From: an uncultured Gemmatimonadales bacterium
GTDB taxonomy: Bacteria > Gemmatimonadota > Gemmatimonadetes > Longimicrobiales > RSA9
DNA: 64,000 nt
Assembly: GCA_963798845.1 (NCBI GenBank)
Contig: CAWCUS010000002.1
Coordinates: 64,001-128,000 of the forward strand
Reading direction: 5' to 3'
The translations under genes were made by a program, and so were the position numbers. Each line of letters begins with the position of its first letter. The stretch's first letter is position 1. The notes under the pieces were generated by a model. The model saw only the letters and a program-made list of their open reading frames with translations. It was not told the DNA's origin and made no database searches. Shown here piece by piece: positions 28,325 through 37,445 of this stretch.

Positions 28325-28397
28325 ACCGGCGCGCACTTGAACCAGCGCGCTGGCCGCGCGATGTTTCACCGAAACGTTGAAACGAGGAGGCTCCCCC

Positions 28398-30020
28398 ATG
28401 CGGGAACCGGTGGGCGTCGCGTACGAGCTGGACCGGCTGCTTGCCGCGCTCGGGCGCGTGTACATGGTGGCGAACGCCGAGCTGAGGGTGGTGGAGTTCT
28501 CGGCGCGGCTCCCGGAAATCCTGGGTCGGAGCGCGCAGCAGCTGGTGGGCGCGCCACTGGAGGAGGTGCTCGGCGAGGAGGTCACCGGGTCCGACGGAGT
28601 GGTCCGGGAGGTGCTGCGGTCGGGGCGTCGCCGGGAGGGGCTGCGGGTATTCCTGCACCGCTCGGGCGGTGAACGGATGGCGGTGTCGCTCACCGTCGGG
28701 GCGCTGGGGAACGGCGACCCGCACGGCTTCGGCGCGGTCACGTTCCGCGACGGCGCGGCCCAGGCCGGTGATCTCGCGGCAGGCGCGGGCGGCCCCGCTG
28801 CCGTGGGCTCCGGCGGCCCGGTGGCGGCGGGGGCCGGAGCGGGTGCGGGCAGGGCGGACGGCGACGGTGAGGGTCTCCGGGGAGGCGGAGCGGCCAGGTC
28901 GGCCGCGGTAGTCCTGATGATCCGCTCGGAGCAGGAGGAGGAGGCCCCGGTCCCGTCGTACGGCGGGATCGTCGCCCGCTCCGCGGTGATGCAGCGCATC
29001 TTCCGGCTCATCGAGCTGCTGCGCGACCACGACTCCACGGTGCTCGTCACGGGAGAGAGCGGGACCGGGAAGGAACTGGTGGCGCGCGCGCTCCACGACA
29101 CGTCGTCTCGCCACGACGAGCCGTTCGTCGCGGTGAACTGCGCGGCGCTCCCGTCCGAGCTGCTGGAGAGCGAGCTGTTCGGGCACGTCCGGGGAGCGTT
29201 CACCGGTGCGGTGCGGGACCGGATCGGCCGCTTCGAGCTCGCCGACGGCGGCACGCTCTTCCTCGATGAGGTGGGCTCCATGAGCCTCCCGCTCCAGGCC
29301 AAGATCCTGCGCGCGCTCCAGGAGCACGCCTTCGAGCGCGTGGGCGACACGCGCACCCGCCACGTCGATGTCCGCATCCTCGCCGCCACCAACGAGAACC
29401 TCGGCCGCGCCGTGCAGGAGCACCGCTTCCGCGAAGACCTCTACTACCGTCTGCGCGTCGTCCCTATCGAGATCCCGCCCCTGCGCGAGCGACGCGAGGA
29501 CATCGAGGCCATCACCCGCTTCCTCCTGCACCGCATCGGAACCACCCGCGGCCGTTCCCTGCGACTCGCTCCCTCCGCCATGGACGCCATCAGGGGGTAT
29601 CCCTGGCCCGGCAACGTCCGGGAGCTCGACAACGCCCTCGAGTTCGCCACCACCGTCTGCGAAGGCCAGACCATCCACGTCGAGCACCTCCCCGTCGAGG
29701 TGCGCGCCGCCGGCGTCGAAACCGGAGCACCTGGCGAGTACCGGCCCTGGGCCACCCATGGCCAGCTTCCGGGGACCGGTTCCACGCCCGCGGCCGAGCT
29801 TCCCTCCTCACCGTGGCGCGCCTCAACCGCAGACGGCGGTCGCGCTGCCCACGCCGCAGACCACCGCATTCCTCCCCACCTCTCCGCCGCAGAGGCCGCC
29901 GAGGCCCGCCAGATCCTCGACGCCCTCGCCCGGGCCCGCTTCAGCCGCCAGGACGCCGCGCGGCTGCTCGGTATCAGCCGCACCACTCTGTGGCGGAAGA
30001 TGAAGGAGTACCGGCTCTAG
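28398..30020 (+). CDS. Sigma54-dependent transcriptional activator (PAS-like, AAA+, Fis HTH)
   Basis: GESGTGKE, ESELFGH, GAFTGA, LFLDE, FREDLYYRL, WPGNVREL, LLGISRTTLWRKM. Confidence 0.95.
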   Translation: MREPVGVAYELDRLLAALGRVYMVANAELRVVEFSARLPEILGRSAQQLVGAPLEEVLGEEVTGSDGVVREVLRSGRRREGLRVFLHRSGGERMAVSLTVGALGNGDPHGFGAVTFRDGAAQAGDLAAGAGGPAAVGSGGPVAAGAGAGAGRADGDGEGLRGGGAARSAAVVLMIRSEQEEEAPVPSYGGIVARSAVMQRIFRLIELLRDHDSTVLVTGESGTGKELVARALHDTSSRHDEPFVAVNCAALPSELLESELFGHVRGAFTGAVRDRIGRFELADGGTLFLDEVGSMSLPLQAKILRALQEHAFERVGDTRTRHVDVRILAATNENLGRAVQEHRFREDLYYRLRVVPIEIPPLRERREDIEAITRFLLHRIGTTRGRSLRLAPSAMDAIRGYPWPGNVRELDNALEFATTVCEGQTIHVEHLPVEVRAAGVETGAPGEYRPWATHGQLPGTGSTPAAELPSSPWRASTADGGRAAHAADHRIPPHLSAAEAAEARQILDALARARFSRQDAARLLGISRTTLWRKMKEYRL

Positions 30021-30194
30021 CCGCGGGGCCCCGCCGGTGCCGGGCTGGGGGCGGTCGTCCCCGGGCCAGCGTCCCGGATCGTCCAGATTTGTTCCCTATC
30101 GTTGCACCAATCCGTTGAAGGTCCGTGGACGGCGGAGGGTGCGGTTCAGGCCTATATGCTTGTGTGTGAATGACATAGGCGGAGTGCGCGTTCG

Positions 30195-30210
30195 TGGCTC
30201 CCTGCTTGCT
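30195..30210 (+). promoter_or_regulatory. Sigma54 (-24/-12) promoter
   Basis: TGGCTCCCTGCTTGCT has GG-N10-GC spacing and is close to TGGCAC-N5-TTGCW; immediately downstream of a sigma54 activator gene. Confidence 0.7.
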
Positions 30211-30243
30211 TATCCGAGTATGCGGATATCCGGGTTACCGGAT
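30211..30243. promoter_or_regulatory. Tandem palindromic operator (ATCCG-N6-CGGAT, two copies)
   Basis: ATCCGAGTATGCGGAT (30212-30227) immediately followed by ATCCGGGTTACCGGAT (30228-30243). Confidence 0.6.
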
Positions 30244-30273
30244 TCATGAATCTCCCGGGAGGAGAACGGAGCC

Positions 30274-30621
30274 ATGCTGGCACAGCCAGACGCGGCGGAG
30301 ATCGGGGCGGCGGCGAAGGTGTTCAAGGCGCTGGCACACCCGGACCGTCTCCGGCTGACGTGCCTGCTGGCGGAGCGGACGGGTGCGACGCAGAAGGACC
30401 TGGTGGAGGAGCTGGGGTGGCCGCAGAGCACGGTGGCGAGGCACCTGGGGGCGCTGCGGGAGCGGGGGCTGGTGGTGGGGCGGCGGCAGGGGTCGGAGGT
30501 GGTGCTGGAGGCGGCGGAGATGCCACGGCTGCTGCTGAACACGGTGTGCGAGTGGATGCACCCGGATGAGCCGGGCGCCGGAGCGGGAAGGGTGACGGAG
30601 GGAGCCAATGAAGCGGCGTGA
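30274..30621 (+). CDS. ArsR/SmtB-family repressor (BigR/SqrR-like)
   Basis: FKALAHPDRLRLTCLL, QSTVARHLGALR, second Cys in NTVCEW. Confidence 0.88.
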   Translation: MLAQPDAAEIGAAAKVFKALAHPDRLRLTCLLAERTGATQKDLVEELGWPQSTVARHLGALRERGLVVGRRQGSEVVLEAAEMPRLLLNTVCEWMHPDEPGAGAGRVTEGANEAA

Positions 30622-32860
30622 GTTCATCCGGGCGGGCAGCTACGGCGTGGTGGGCGCCGGGGTGCTCGGGGGGCTGTCGACGGACTGGTACGGGTCGTAC
30701 GCGCCCGATCTGCGCGACCCGGGGACGGACGGGCAGTACGTGGTCCCGACGTTCTGCGAGCTGTGCTTCTGGAATTGCGGGATCCTGGCGCACGTGAAGG
30801 ACGGGAGGGTCACGAAGATCCAGGGGAACCCGGCGCACCCGCTGAGCCAGGGTCGCCTGTGTCCGCGTGGAGCCGGCGGAACCGGGCTGCTGTACGATCC
30901 GGACCGTTTGAAGGCGCCGATGGTGCGGGTGGGGAGCCGTGGGGGTGACCGGTTCGAGGTGGTGAGCTGGGAGACCGCGCTGGACGAGGTGGCGGACCGG
31001 TTCGAGAAGATCCGGCAGGCGCACGGGGTGGAGTCGCTGGCGCTATTCAGCCACGGCTTCGGAGGGAGCTGGTTCAAGCACCTGTTCAAGTCGTACGGGT
31101 CGCCGAACATCACGGCGCCGAGCTACGCGCAGTGCCGGGGCCCTCGCGAGGTGGGCTTCACGCTGACGTACGGGCTGGGTCCCGGCTCGCCGGAGAACAC
31201 GGACATCGAGAACACGCGGTGTCTGACGCTGATCGGGAGCCACCTCGGCGAGAACATGCACAACACGCAGGTGCAGGAGTTCGCCACGGCGATCCGCAAC
31301 GGTGCGGACGTGATCGTTGTGGACCCGCGCTACAGCGTGGCGGCGTCCAAGGCGAAGTACTGGCTGCCGATCAAGCCGGGGACCGACATGGCGCTGCTGC
31401 TGGCGTGGATGAACGTCCTGATCGAGGAGGGGCTGTACGACCGCGAGTACATTGAGCGGCATGCCGTGGGCTTCGAGCAGCTGAAGGCGCACGTGGGGCC
31501 GCTGACGCCGGAGTGGGCGTACCCGCGGACGGGGATCGAGCCGGAGCTGATCCGGCAGTCGGCGAGGACGATGGCGGCGGCCCGGCCGGCGAGCATCGTC
31601 CACCCGGGACGACATGTGACGTGGTACGGCGATGATACGCAGCGGTCCCGGGCCATCGCCATGGTGAACGCGCTCCTCGGGTCGTGGGGGCGGCGAGGCG
31701 GCTTCTACATGGCGCAGCCGATGGGCGTGCCGGACCTGGACGCGGCCCACCACCCGGAGGCCGGGCCGCCGGCGGACCGCAAGCTCGCGGGGGAGTACCC
31801 GCTGTCGGACTCGGTGCTGGCCAAGGGCGTGTGTGACGCGAGCGTGCCGGGCAAGTTCCGCGAGGATCCCAGCATCAAGGGGTGGATGGTCTACGGCTCC
31901 AACCTGCCGACCACGCTGCCGAACCCGCAGGAGACGTACGCGGCGATCCAGGCGCTGGACTTCCTGGTGACCGTGGACGTGCTGCCGGTGGAGATCGTCG
32001 GCTGGTCTGACGTGGTGCTGCCGGAGTCTACGTACCTCGAGCGGGACGACGACCTGAACTCGGTCTGGTACCGGCAGGGCTTCGTGGCGCTCCGGCAGGC
32101 GGCGGTGAGCCCGATGTACGATACGCGCCCCGGGTGGTGGATCGCCAGGGAGCTCGCCCGTCGTCTGAACCTGGCGGAGCACTTCCAGTGGGACGACGCG
32201 CGCTCGTACGTGGACGCGCGGCTGAAGGCGGCGGGCGTGGACGTGGCGCAGGCCCGGCGCGACGGCGTCGTCATGGGCGAGCGCCAGCCGATCTACTACG
32301 AGGAAGGGGCGCCGCCGGTGTTCTACACGGGCTCGGGGAAGATCGAGCTCTGGTCGCCGCAGCTGGCGTCGCTCGGCTTCGATCCGATCCCGACCTGGAA
32401 GGACGGAGAGCTGGAGGAACCGCCGGCGGGCTATTACCGGCTCCTCTTCGGACGGGCGCCGACCATGACGTTCGGGCGGACCACGAACAACCGGCTCCTG
32501 GCCGAGACGTTCCCGGAGAACGCCGTCTGGGTGAACAGCAAGGTGGCGCGGAAGTGGGGGCTGAAGAACGGGGAGCGCGTCTACCTGAAGAACCAGGACG
32601 GGGTCCAGTCCACGTTCTCGGCGCCGGTGAAGGTGACGGAGCGGATCCGTCCCGACGCGGTCTACGTCGTCCACGGCTGGGGCCGCAAGGCGAAGGGGCT
32701 GGAGTTCGCCCACGGCCGTGGGATCGACGACGCGGAGCTGGTGACGCGCTACAGGACCGACCCGCTGATGGGCGGGACGGGGATGAACGTGAACTTCGTG
32801 ACGTTCGTCCGGGCCCCGGATGTGGCGGCGGCCGGGGGTGCGGAGGAGGTGGCTGAATGA
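30608..32860 (+). CDS. psrA: Polysulfide/thiosulfate reductase molybdopterin subunit
   Basis: Tat KRREFI, CELCFWNC...LCPRG [4Fe-4S] motif, putative Mo-ligand region PSYAQCRGPREVG, MGD-binding motifs. Confidence 0.88.
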   Translation: MKRREFIRAGSYGVVGAGVLGGLSTDWYGSYAPDLRDPGTDGQYVVPTFCELCFWNCGILAHVKDGRVTKIQGNPAHPLSQGRLCPRGAGGTGLLYDPDRLKAPMVRVGSRGGDRFEVVSWETALDEVADRFEKIRQAHGVESLALFSHGFGGSWFKHLFKSYGSPNITAPSYAQCRGPREVGFTLTYGLGPGSPENTDIENTRCLTLIGSHLGENMHNTQVQEFATAIRNGADVIVVDPRYSVAASKAKYWLPIKPGTDMALLLAWMNVLIEEGLYDREYIERHAVGFEQLKAHVGPLTPEWAYPRTGIEPELIRQSARTMAAARPASIVHPGRHVTWYGDDTQRSRAIAMVNALLGSWGRRGGFYMAQPMGVPDLDAAHHPEAGPPADRKLAGEYPLSDSVLAKGVCDASVPGKFREDPSIKGWMVYGSNLPTTLPNPQETYAAIQALDFLVTVDVLPVEIVGWSDVVLPESTYLERDDDLNSVWYRQGFVALRQAAVSPMYDTRPGWWIARELARRLNLAEHFQWDDARSYVDARLKAAGVDVAQARRDGVVMGERQPIYYEEGAPPVFYTGSGKIELWSPQLASLGFDPIPTWKDGELEEPPAGYYRLLFGRAPTMTFGRTTNNRLLAETFPENAVWVNSKVARKWGLKNGERVYLKNQDGVQSTFSAPVKVTERIRPDAVYVVHGWGRKAKGLEFAHGRGIDDAELVTRYRTDPLMGGTGMNVNFVTFVRAPDVAAAGGAEEVAE

Positions 32861-33408
32861 TCGGAAAGCGCTACGGCATGGCGCTCGACACGCGCACCTG
32901 CGTGGGGTGCACGGCGTGCGTGGTGGCGTGCAAGACCGAAAACGACGTCGCGGAAGGGTTCTCCCGCGACTGGGTGACCACGGAGCTCACCGGTGAGTTC
33001 CCGTCGCTCTCCATGGAGATCCGGAGCGAGCGGTGCAACCACTGCGAGTCCGCGCCGTGCGTGGCCGCATGCCCGACGGGCGCTTCGTATTACGGCCCCG
33101 GCGGAACGGTACAGGTCGATGCGGACAGGTGCACGGGCTGCAAGGCGTGCATCGCGGCGTGCCCGTATGGCGCCCGCTTCGTGGACCCGCGCACCCGCAC
33201 CGTGGACAAGTGCACGTTGTGCGCGCACCGGGGCGCCGATGGCGGCGAATGGACCACCGCATGCCAGGACACGTGCCCGACCCGGAGCATCCATTTTGGC
33301 GACCTGAACGACCCCACGAGCGAGATCTCGCGACTGCTCGCCACGCGCAAGTGGCGCGTGCTCCTGCCGGAGGCGGGGACCAGGCCGAAGGTTTTCTACC
33401 TGGAGTAG
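32857..33408 (+). CDS. psrB: 4Fe-4S electron-transfer subunit (PsrB/NrfC)
   Basis: CVGCTACVVAC, CNHC...CVAACP, CTGCKACIAACP, KCTLC...CQDTCP. Confidence 0.92.
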   Translation: MIGKRYGMALDTRTCVGCTACVVACKTENDVAEGFSRDWVTTELTGEFPSLSMEIRSERCNHCESAPCVAACPTGASYYGPGGTVQVDADRCTGCKACIAACPYGARFVDPRTRTVDKCTLCAHRGADGGEWTTACQDTCPTRSIHFGDLNDPTSEISRLLATRKWRVLLPEAGTRPKVFYLE

Positions 33409-33415
33409 CGGCGAC

Positions 33416-34408
33416 ATGAACGAATACACGACCACGCGCGCGAATGCGATGGTGGATCCCGGGCTCCACGTCTGGCACTACCAGGTGCCCGTGTACCTCT
33501 TCCTCGGCGGGTTGGTGGCCGGGGTGATGGTGCTGTCGGGCGTGTGGATGCTGCGCTCGCCCGGGCGGGAGCGCTCCCGTGCGCTTTCGCTCCTCCCGTG
33601 GGCGGCGCCGGTCCTGCTTTCCGCCGGCATGCTGTTCCTCTGGCTCGACCTGGAGAATCGCTGGAACGCCTTCCGGTTCTATCTCGCGTTCCGTCCCTCG
33701 TCGCCAATGTCGTGGGGGGCGTGGATCCTTCTGGCGATCTACCCCGCGAGCATCCTCCTGGCGCTGCGCATGACGCCCGTGGAGCTGCGCGCGTGTCCGC
33801 TTTCGAAGCTGGCGAAGCGGTTCGGGGCCTCGTCGCTCGGAAAGGGGCTCGAGACCGGTTTCACCCGGGCCACGTTCTGGGTGGACGACCACACGCGCGG
33901 TATCGCGCTCTGGAACGTGACGCTGGGTGGCGCCCTCGGGATCTACACCGGAATCCTGCTCGGCTCCCTGGGCGCCCGGCCGCTCTGGAGCTCCGCGATC
34001 CTCGGTCCGCTGTTCCTGGTCTCCGGGCTGTCCACGGGGGCGGCGTTCATGATGCTCACGGGCCTGCGCGACGATGAGCGGACGCTACTGGGGAAGACCG
34101 ACATGGGGCTGATCGTTGTGGAGCTGGCGCTCCTGGCCCTGCTCCTGATCGGCCTGACCACGGGTGGAGGAGCGTCGCGCGAAGCGGCGGGCGTGCTGCT
34201 CGGCGGCCCCTATACCGCCGCGTTCTGGACCATGGTCGTGGCGCTGGGGCTGCTTGCGCCGCTCTCGGCCGAGTGGCTGGAGGCGAAGCATGGGGTGGTG
34301 TCCGGTCGCATGGCGGCGGTGCTGGTGCTGACAGGCGGGCTGGCGCTCCGCTGGGTGCTCGTGGCCGCGGGCCAGCACACCACGTGGCTCATGGCCGCGC
34401 TCAGGTAG
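33416..34408 (+). CDS. psrC: NrfD/PsrC membrane anchor subunit
   Basis: W...VYLFLGGL, DL...SPMSWGAW, YTGILL...RPLW, multiple TMs. Confidence 0.9.
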   Translation: MNEYTTTRANAMVDPGLHVWHYQVPVYLFLGGLVAGVMVLSGVWMLRSPGRERSRALSLLPWAAPVLLSAGMLFLWLDLENRWNAFRFYLAFRPSSPMSWGAWILLAIYPASILLALRMTPVELRACPLSKLAKRFGASSLGKGLETGFTRATFWVDDHTRGIALWNVTLGGALGIYTGILLGSLGARPLWSSAILGPLFLVSGLSTGAAFMMLTGLRDDERTLLGKTDMGLIVVELALLALLLIGLTTGGGASREAAGVLLGGPYTAAFWTMVVALGLLAPLSAEWLEAKHGVVSGRMAAVLVLTGGLALRWVLVAAGQHTTWLMAALR

Positions 34409-34424
34409 GCGGAAAGGAGTGGAC

Positions 34425-34934
34425 ATGGAAGCGAAGAAATACTGGAACCCGTACGCCGCCGGTGTCCTTCTGGGGTTGACGCTCCTGGCCGCGTTCCTGG
34501 TCAGCGGGGGCGGTCTGGGGGCGAGCGCCATGCCGAAGCGGCTCATCGCGCTCGGCGCCATGAAGGCGGCACCCGCGTGGACCGCGGCCAATCCGGCACT
34601 GGGAAGCTACGTGGAGGCAGGGAACCCGCTCCGCAACTGGCTGGTGGTGGAAGTGATCGGTGTGCTGTTGGGCGGCTTCATCGCCGCGGTGTCGGCCGGA
34701 CGGTTCCGCGCCACCGTGGAGAAGGGCCCGCGCATCTCCACGGGCGGGCGCCTGCTCTACGCCGCCACGGGTGGCGTGATCATGGGCTTCGCCGCGGCGC
34801 TGGCCCGCGGCTGCACGTCGGGACAGGCGCTGTCGGGCGGCGCGCTGCTGGCCACCGGGAGCTGGATCTTCATGCTGATGGTATTCGCGGGCGGCTACGC
34901 CGCCGCGTGGTTCGTGAGGAGGCAGTGGACATGA
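34425..34934 (+). CDS. YeeE/YedE-family sulfur/thiosulfate transporter
   Basis: WNPYAAGVLLG, GLGAS, GGVIMGFAAALARGCTSGQALSG. Confidence 0.88.
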   Translation: MEAKKYWNPYAAGVLLGLTLLAAFLVSGGGLGASAMPKRLIALGAMKAAPAWTAANPALGSYVEAGNPLRNWLVVEVIGVLLGGFIAAVSAGRFRATVEKGPRISTGGRLLYAATGGVIMGFAAALARGCTSGQALSGGALLATGSWIFMLMVFAGGYAAAWFVRRQWT

Positions 34935-36112
34935 GCGTGTTTCCGCTGGTCTTCGCCAACGACGAGGTGCGACTCCTCACCGGCCTCGTCATCGGGTTCT
35001 TCTTCGGCTTCGCGCTGGAGCGCGGCGGTTTCGGCAACGCGCGCAAGCTCGCCGGCCAGTTCTACCTGCACGACATGACCGTGTTCAAGGTCATGTTCAC
35101 GGCCATCCTGGTGGCCATGGTCGGACTTTACACGCTGGTCGGCCTCGGCTGGGTGGACATGGCCCGGCTCTGGGTCAATCCCACCTTCCTGTGGTCGGAG
35201 CTGGTGGGCGGGTTCCTGCTCGGCGTCGGCTTCATCATGAGCGGCCTCTGCCCCGGCACTTCCGTGGTCTCGGCCGCTTCGGGACGCTGGGACGGGCTGG
35301 CCGCCATCGGCGGTATCTTCGTCGGTACCTTCTTCTTCACGCTGGCCGTGGACTGGTTCCCGGCGCTGAATACGCTGTATCACGCGGGCAGCCTGGGCGT
35401 GTCCGTTCTCCCCACCCTTTTCGGCCTCCCGACGCTGCCGTTCGTGCTCGGCGTGGTCGTGCTGGCCGGGATGGCGTTCGTCGGCGCGGAGATGGTGGAG
35501 CGCGCGTTCCGGACCCGGCACGCCGAGGTCGAGCTGACGCCGTCGCCGATCCCGTTCGCGAAGTTCGGGCTGGCCGGCGCGCTGGCGCTGGTGCTCTTCG
35601 TCGGTCTCGGGCTCCGGCCCGGTCCCACGACCATGCCGGTGCGCGCGGTGGCGCAGGACCCGGTCGCAGCCATCGACCTTGCCCGGCGCGTGATCGCGGG
35701 GGACCCGGACCTGATGATCCTGGACCTGCGAGGCGATGCCGAGGATCGCATTCCGGGATCGTATCCCGCGGCAGCGGACGAGTCCGCGGCGCCGATCCTG
35801 GCGGCGGCGGGCGAGAACACCGACGTGGTGCTGGTCACCGAGGACGGCGCCCTGGACGCGGTGCCCGCTTCGTGGCCCGCGCGCCCTCGCTACCGCATGC
35901 TGCGGGGTGGCTGGGCGGCCTGGGATTCGGACGTGCTGACGCCCGCACAGCCGAACGGCACGGGCGCCGAGGAGATGGACCGCGTGCGCGAGCAGAACGG
36001 CATCTCGGCGTTCTTCTCGGGCGCCGGCACGCTCGCTCCGCAGCTGGCCGCGCCGCCGCCGGTACTGCCGCAGGGCGGGAGCGCGGCGAAGCCGAAGCGG
36101 GGCGGCTGCTGA
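34931..36112 (+). CDS. YeeE/YedE transporter fused to a rhodanese-like domain, C-terminal GGC
   Basis: GFFFGFALERGGF, GVGFIMSGLCPGTS; then MILDLR...IPGS...MLRGGWAAW; ends KPKRGGC. Confidence 0.82.
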   Translation: MSVFPLVFANDEVRLLTGLVIGFFFGFALERGGFGNARKLAGQFYLHDMTVFKVMFTAILVAMVGLYTLVGLGWVDMARLWVNPTFLWSELVGGFLLGVGFIMSGLCPGTSVVSAASGRWDGLAAIGGIFVGTFFFTLAVDWFPALNTLYHAGSLGVSVLPTLFGLPTLPFVLGVVVLAGMAFVGAEMVERAFRTRHAEVELTPSPIPFAKFGLAGALALVLFVGLGLRPGPTTMPVRAVAQDPVAAIDLARRVIAGDPDLMILDLRGDAEDRIPGSYPAAADESAAPILAAAGENTDVVLVTEDGALDAVPASWPARPRYRMLRGGWAAWDSDVLTPAQPNGTGAEEMDRVREQNGISAFFSGAGTLAPQLAAPPPVLPQGGSAAKPKRGGC

Positions 36113-36116
36113 ACGG

Positions 36117-36659
36117 TCAAACCTTGCCGAGCACCGCCCGCTCCACCACGTCGCCGACCTTCGTCGCCAGCGCCGGGTCGTCCGCGAAGAAGACGGGGAA
36201 AGGAGCGCGCGCGGCGTAGTCCGGGTCGTCCGTGATCCCGGCGATGAGCTCGGACGCGCCCGCTCCCGCGGGATCGAAGACGGGATGCTCGTGCGCGGCG
36301 CGGCGGAAGATCTCGATCTTCGGCAGGCTCTCGCCTTTGAAGCCTTCCACCACGACCACGTCGGCATCGGACAGGTAGCGCGACGCGAGCTCGGCCGCTC
36401 CCATCTCTCGCCCGGCCGGCCACGTGCCCACCACGGAGAACTGACCGGGACCCGCCAGCACCACCCGCTCCGCGCCGCCTTCCAGGCGATGGCGGTAGGA
36501 GTCGGTGTCCGGACGGTCCAGGTCGAAGTGGTGCCCGTGCTTGATGGTCATCGCGCGGTACCCGCGGGCCCGGAGCTCCCTCAGCAGGAAGAGCACCGTC
36601 GTCGTCTTGCCGGACTTCTTCTTTCCCACCACGCAGACCATCGGCGGCGTGCTCGACAT
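36117..36659 (-). CDS. mobB: Molybdopterin-guanine dinucleotide biosynthesis protein B
   Basis: VVGKKKSGKTT, IKHGHHFDLD, DTDSYRH, VVVEGFK. Confidence 0.92.
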   Translation of the reverse strand: MSSTPPMVCVVGKKKSGKTTTVLFLLRELRARGYRAMTIKHGHHFDLDRPDTDSYRHRLEGGAERVVLAGPGQFSVVGTWPAGREMGAAELASRYLSDADVVVVEGFKGESLPKIEIFRRAAHEHPVFDPAGAGASELIAGITDDPDYAARAPFPVFFADDPALATKVGDVVERAVLGKV

Positions 36660-36731
36660 GGCGGCAAAGATGCGGTCGCGGCCGGACCGTCGCCACTGGA
36701 CGTCCCGTCAGAGCGCACCCGGGCGCGGGCT

Positions 36732-37445
36732 TCAGGCGCCGCCGGTGGATCGCGCGAGCCGCAGGCTGCGAGCGCGCGCCGCCACGGCGGTGCCGCCGAT
36801 GTAGAGACCGAAGCCGCCCGCGAAGGCGGTGGCGACCCGTAGCAGTCGCGGCAGCAGCGGGGCCGCCCGGGTAATGTCGCTCGTTCCGCGGGTGAGCATG
36901 AGTGCCCGGGCCTCGCCCAGCGCCAGGTGGAGCACCACCAGAAGGGCCATGAAGACGACGAATGGGAGCACGGCCGGGAGCCGCAAGCGCGCCACGGCCT
37001 CCACCATGGGAATGAACGGCAGAACCAGCGCTGCCCAGAACAGCCAGCTCCCGAGCTCGCGGAATACCGTCGCGAGCCCGCCCGCCCCGGCGAGCACCAT
37101 GACGAGGAGCGCGAAGACGGTATAGATCACCCCGGTCGCCACCAGGGCGAGGGAGCCGGCCACGGCATGCTCGACAGGGGAGACCAGGTTGTGGCGCAGG
37201 AACGTCACGAGCCCCGTCTCTCTCTGTTCCTCGAGACCGGAGCGAAGAGCGAAGAGGAGTCCGACGAAATAGCCGTATCCGGCCAGGTCGGAATCCGCGT
37301 GCCAGCCCGATCCCGCCCTCCACGGCAGGAAGGCGGCCAGCATGATGATCGCGCCGGCCCCGGTGAAGCCGGCCCGCGTGAGCCACATCCGGAGGTTGGT
37401 CCGGAGCGCGAAGGCTGCCAGCGCCAATGTCGTGCGTGCGGTCAC
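36732..37445 (-). CDS. Putative ABC transporter permease (multi-TM)
   Basis: About 6 hydrophobic segments; GTGA overlap with the upstream ABC ATPase. Confidence 0.7.
   Translation of the reverse strand: MTARTTLALAAFALRTNLRMWLTRAGFTGAGAIIMLAAFLPWRAGSGWHADSDLAGYGYFVGLLFALRSGLEEQRETGLVTFLRHNLVSPVEHAVAGSLALVATGVIYTVFALLVMVLAGAGGLATVFRELGSWLFWAALVLPFIPMVEAVARLRLPAVLPFVVFMALLVVLHLALGEARALMLTRGTSDITRAAPLLPRLLRVATAFAGGFGLYIGGTAVAARARSLRLARSTGGA

Noticed and set aside
36104..36112. GGC-TGC-TGA read as a Gly-Cys-Sec selenoprotein terminus
   Set aside because: Read-through would run antisense into mobB, no SECIS-like hairpin is evident, and TGA is the usual stop in this high-GC genome.
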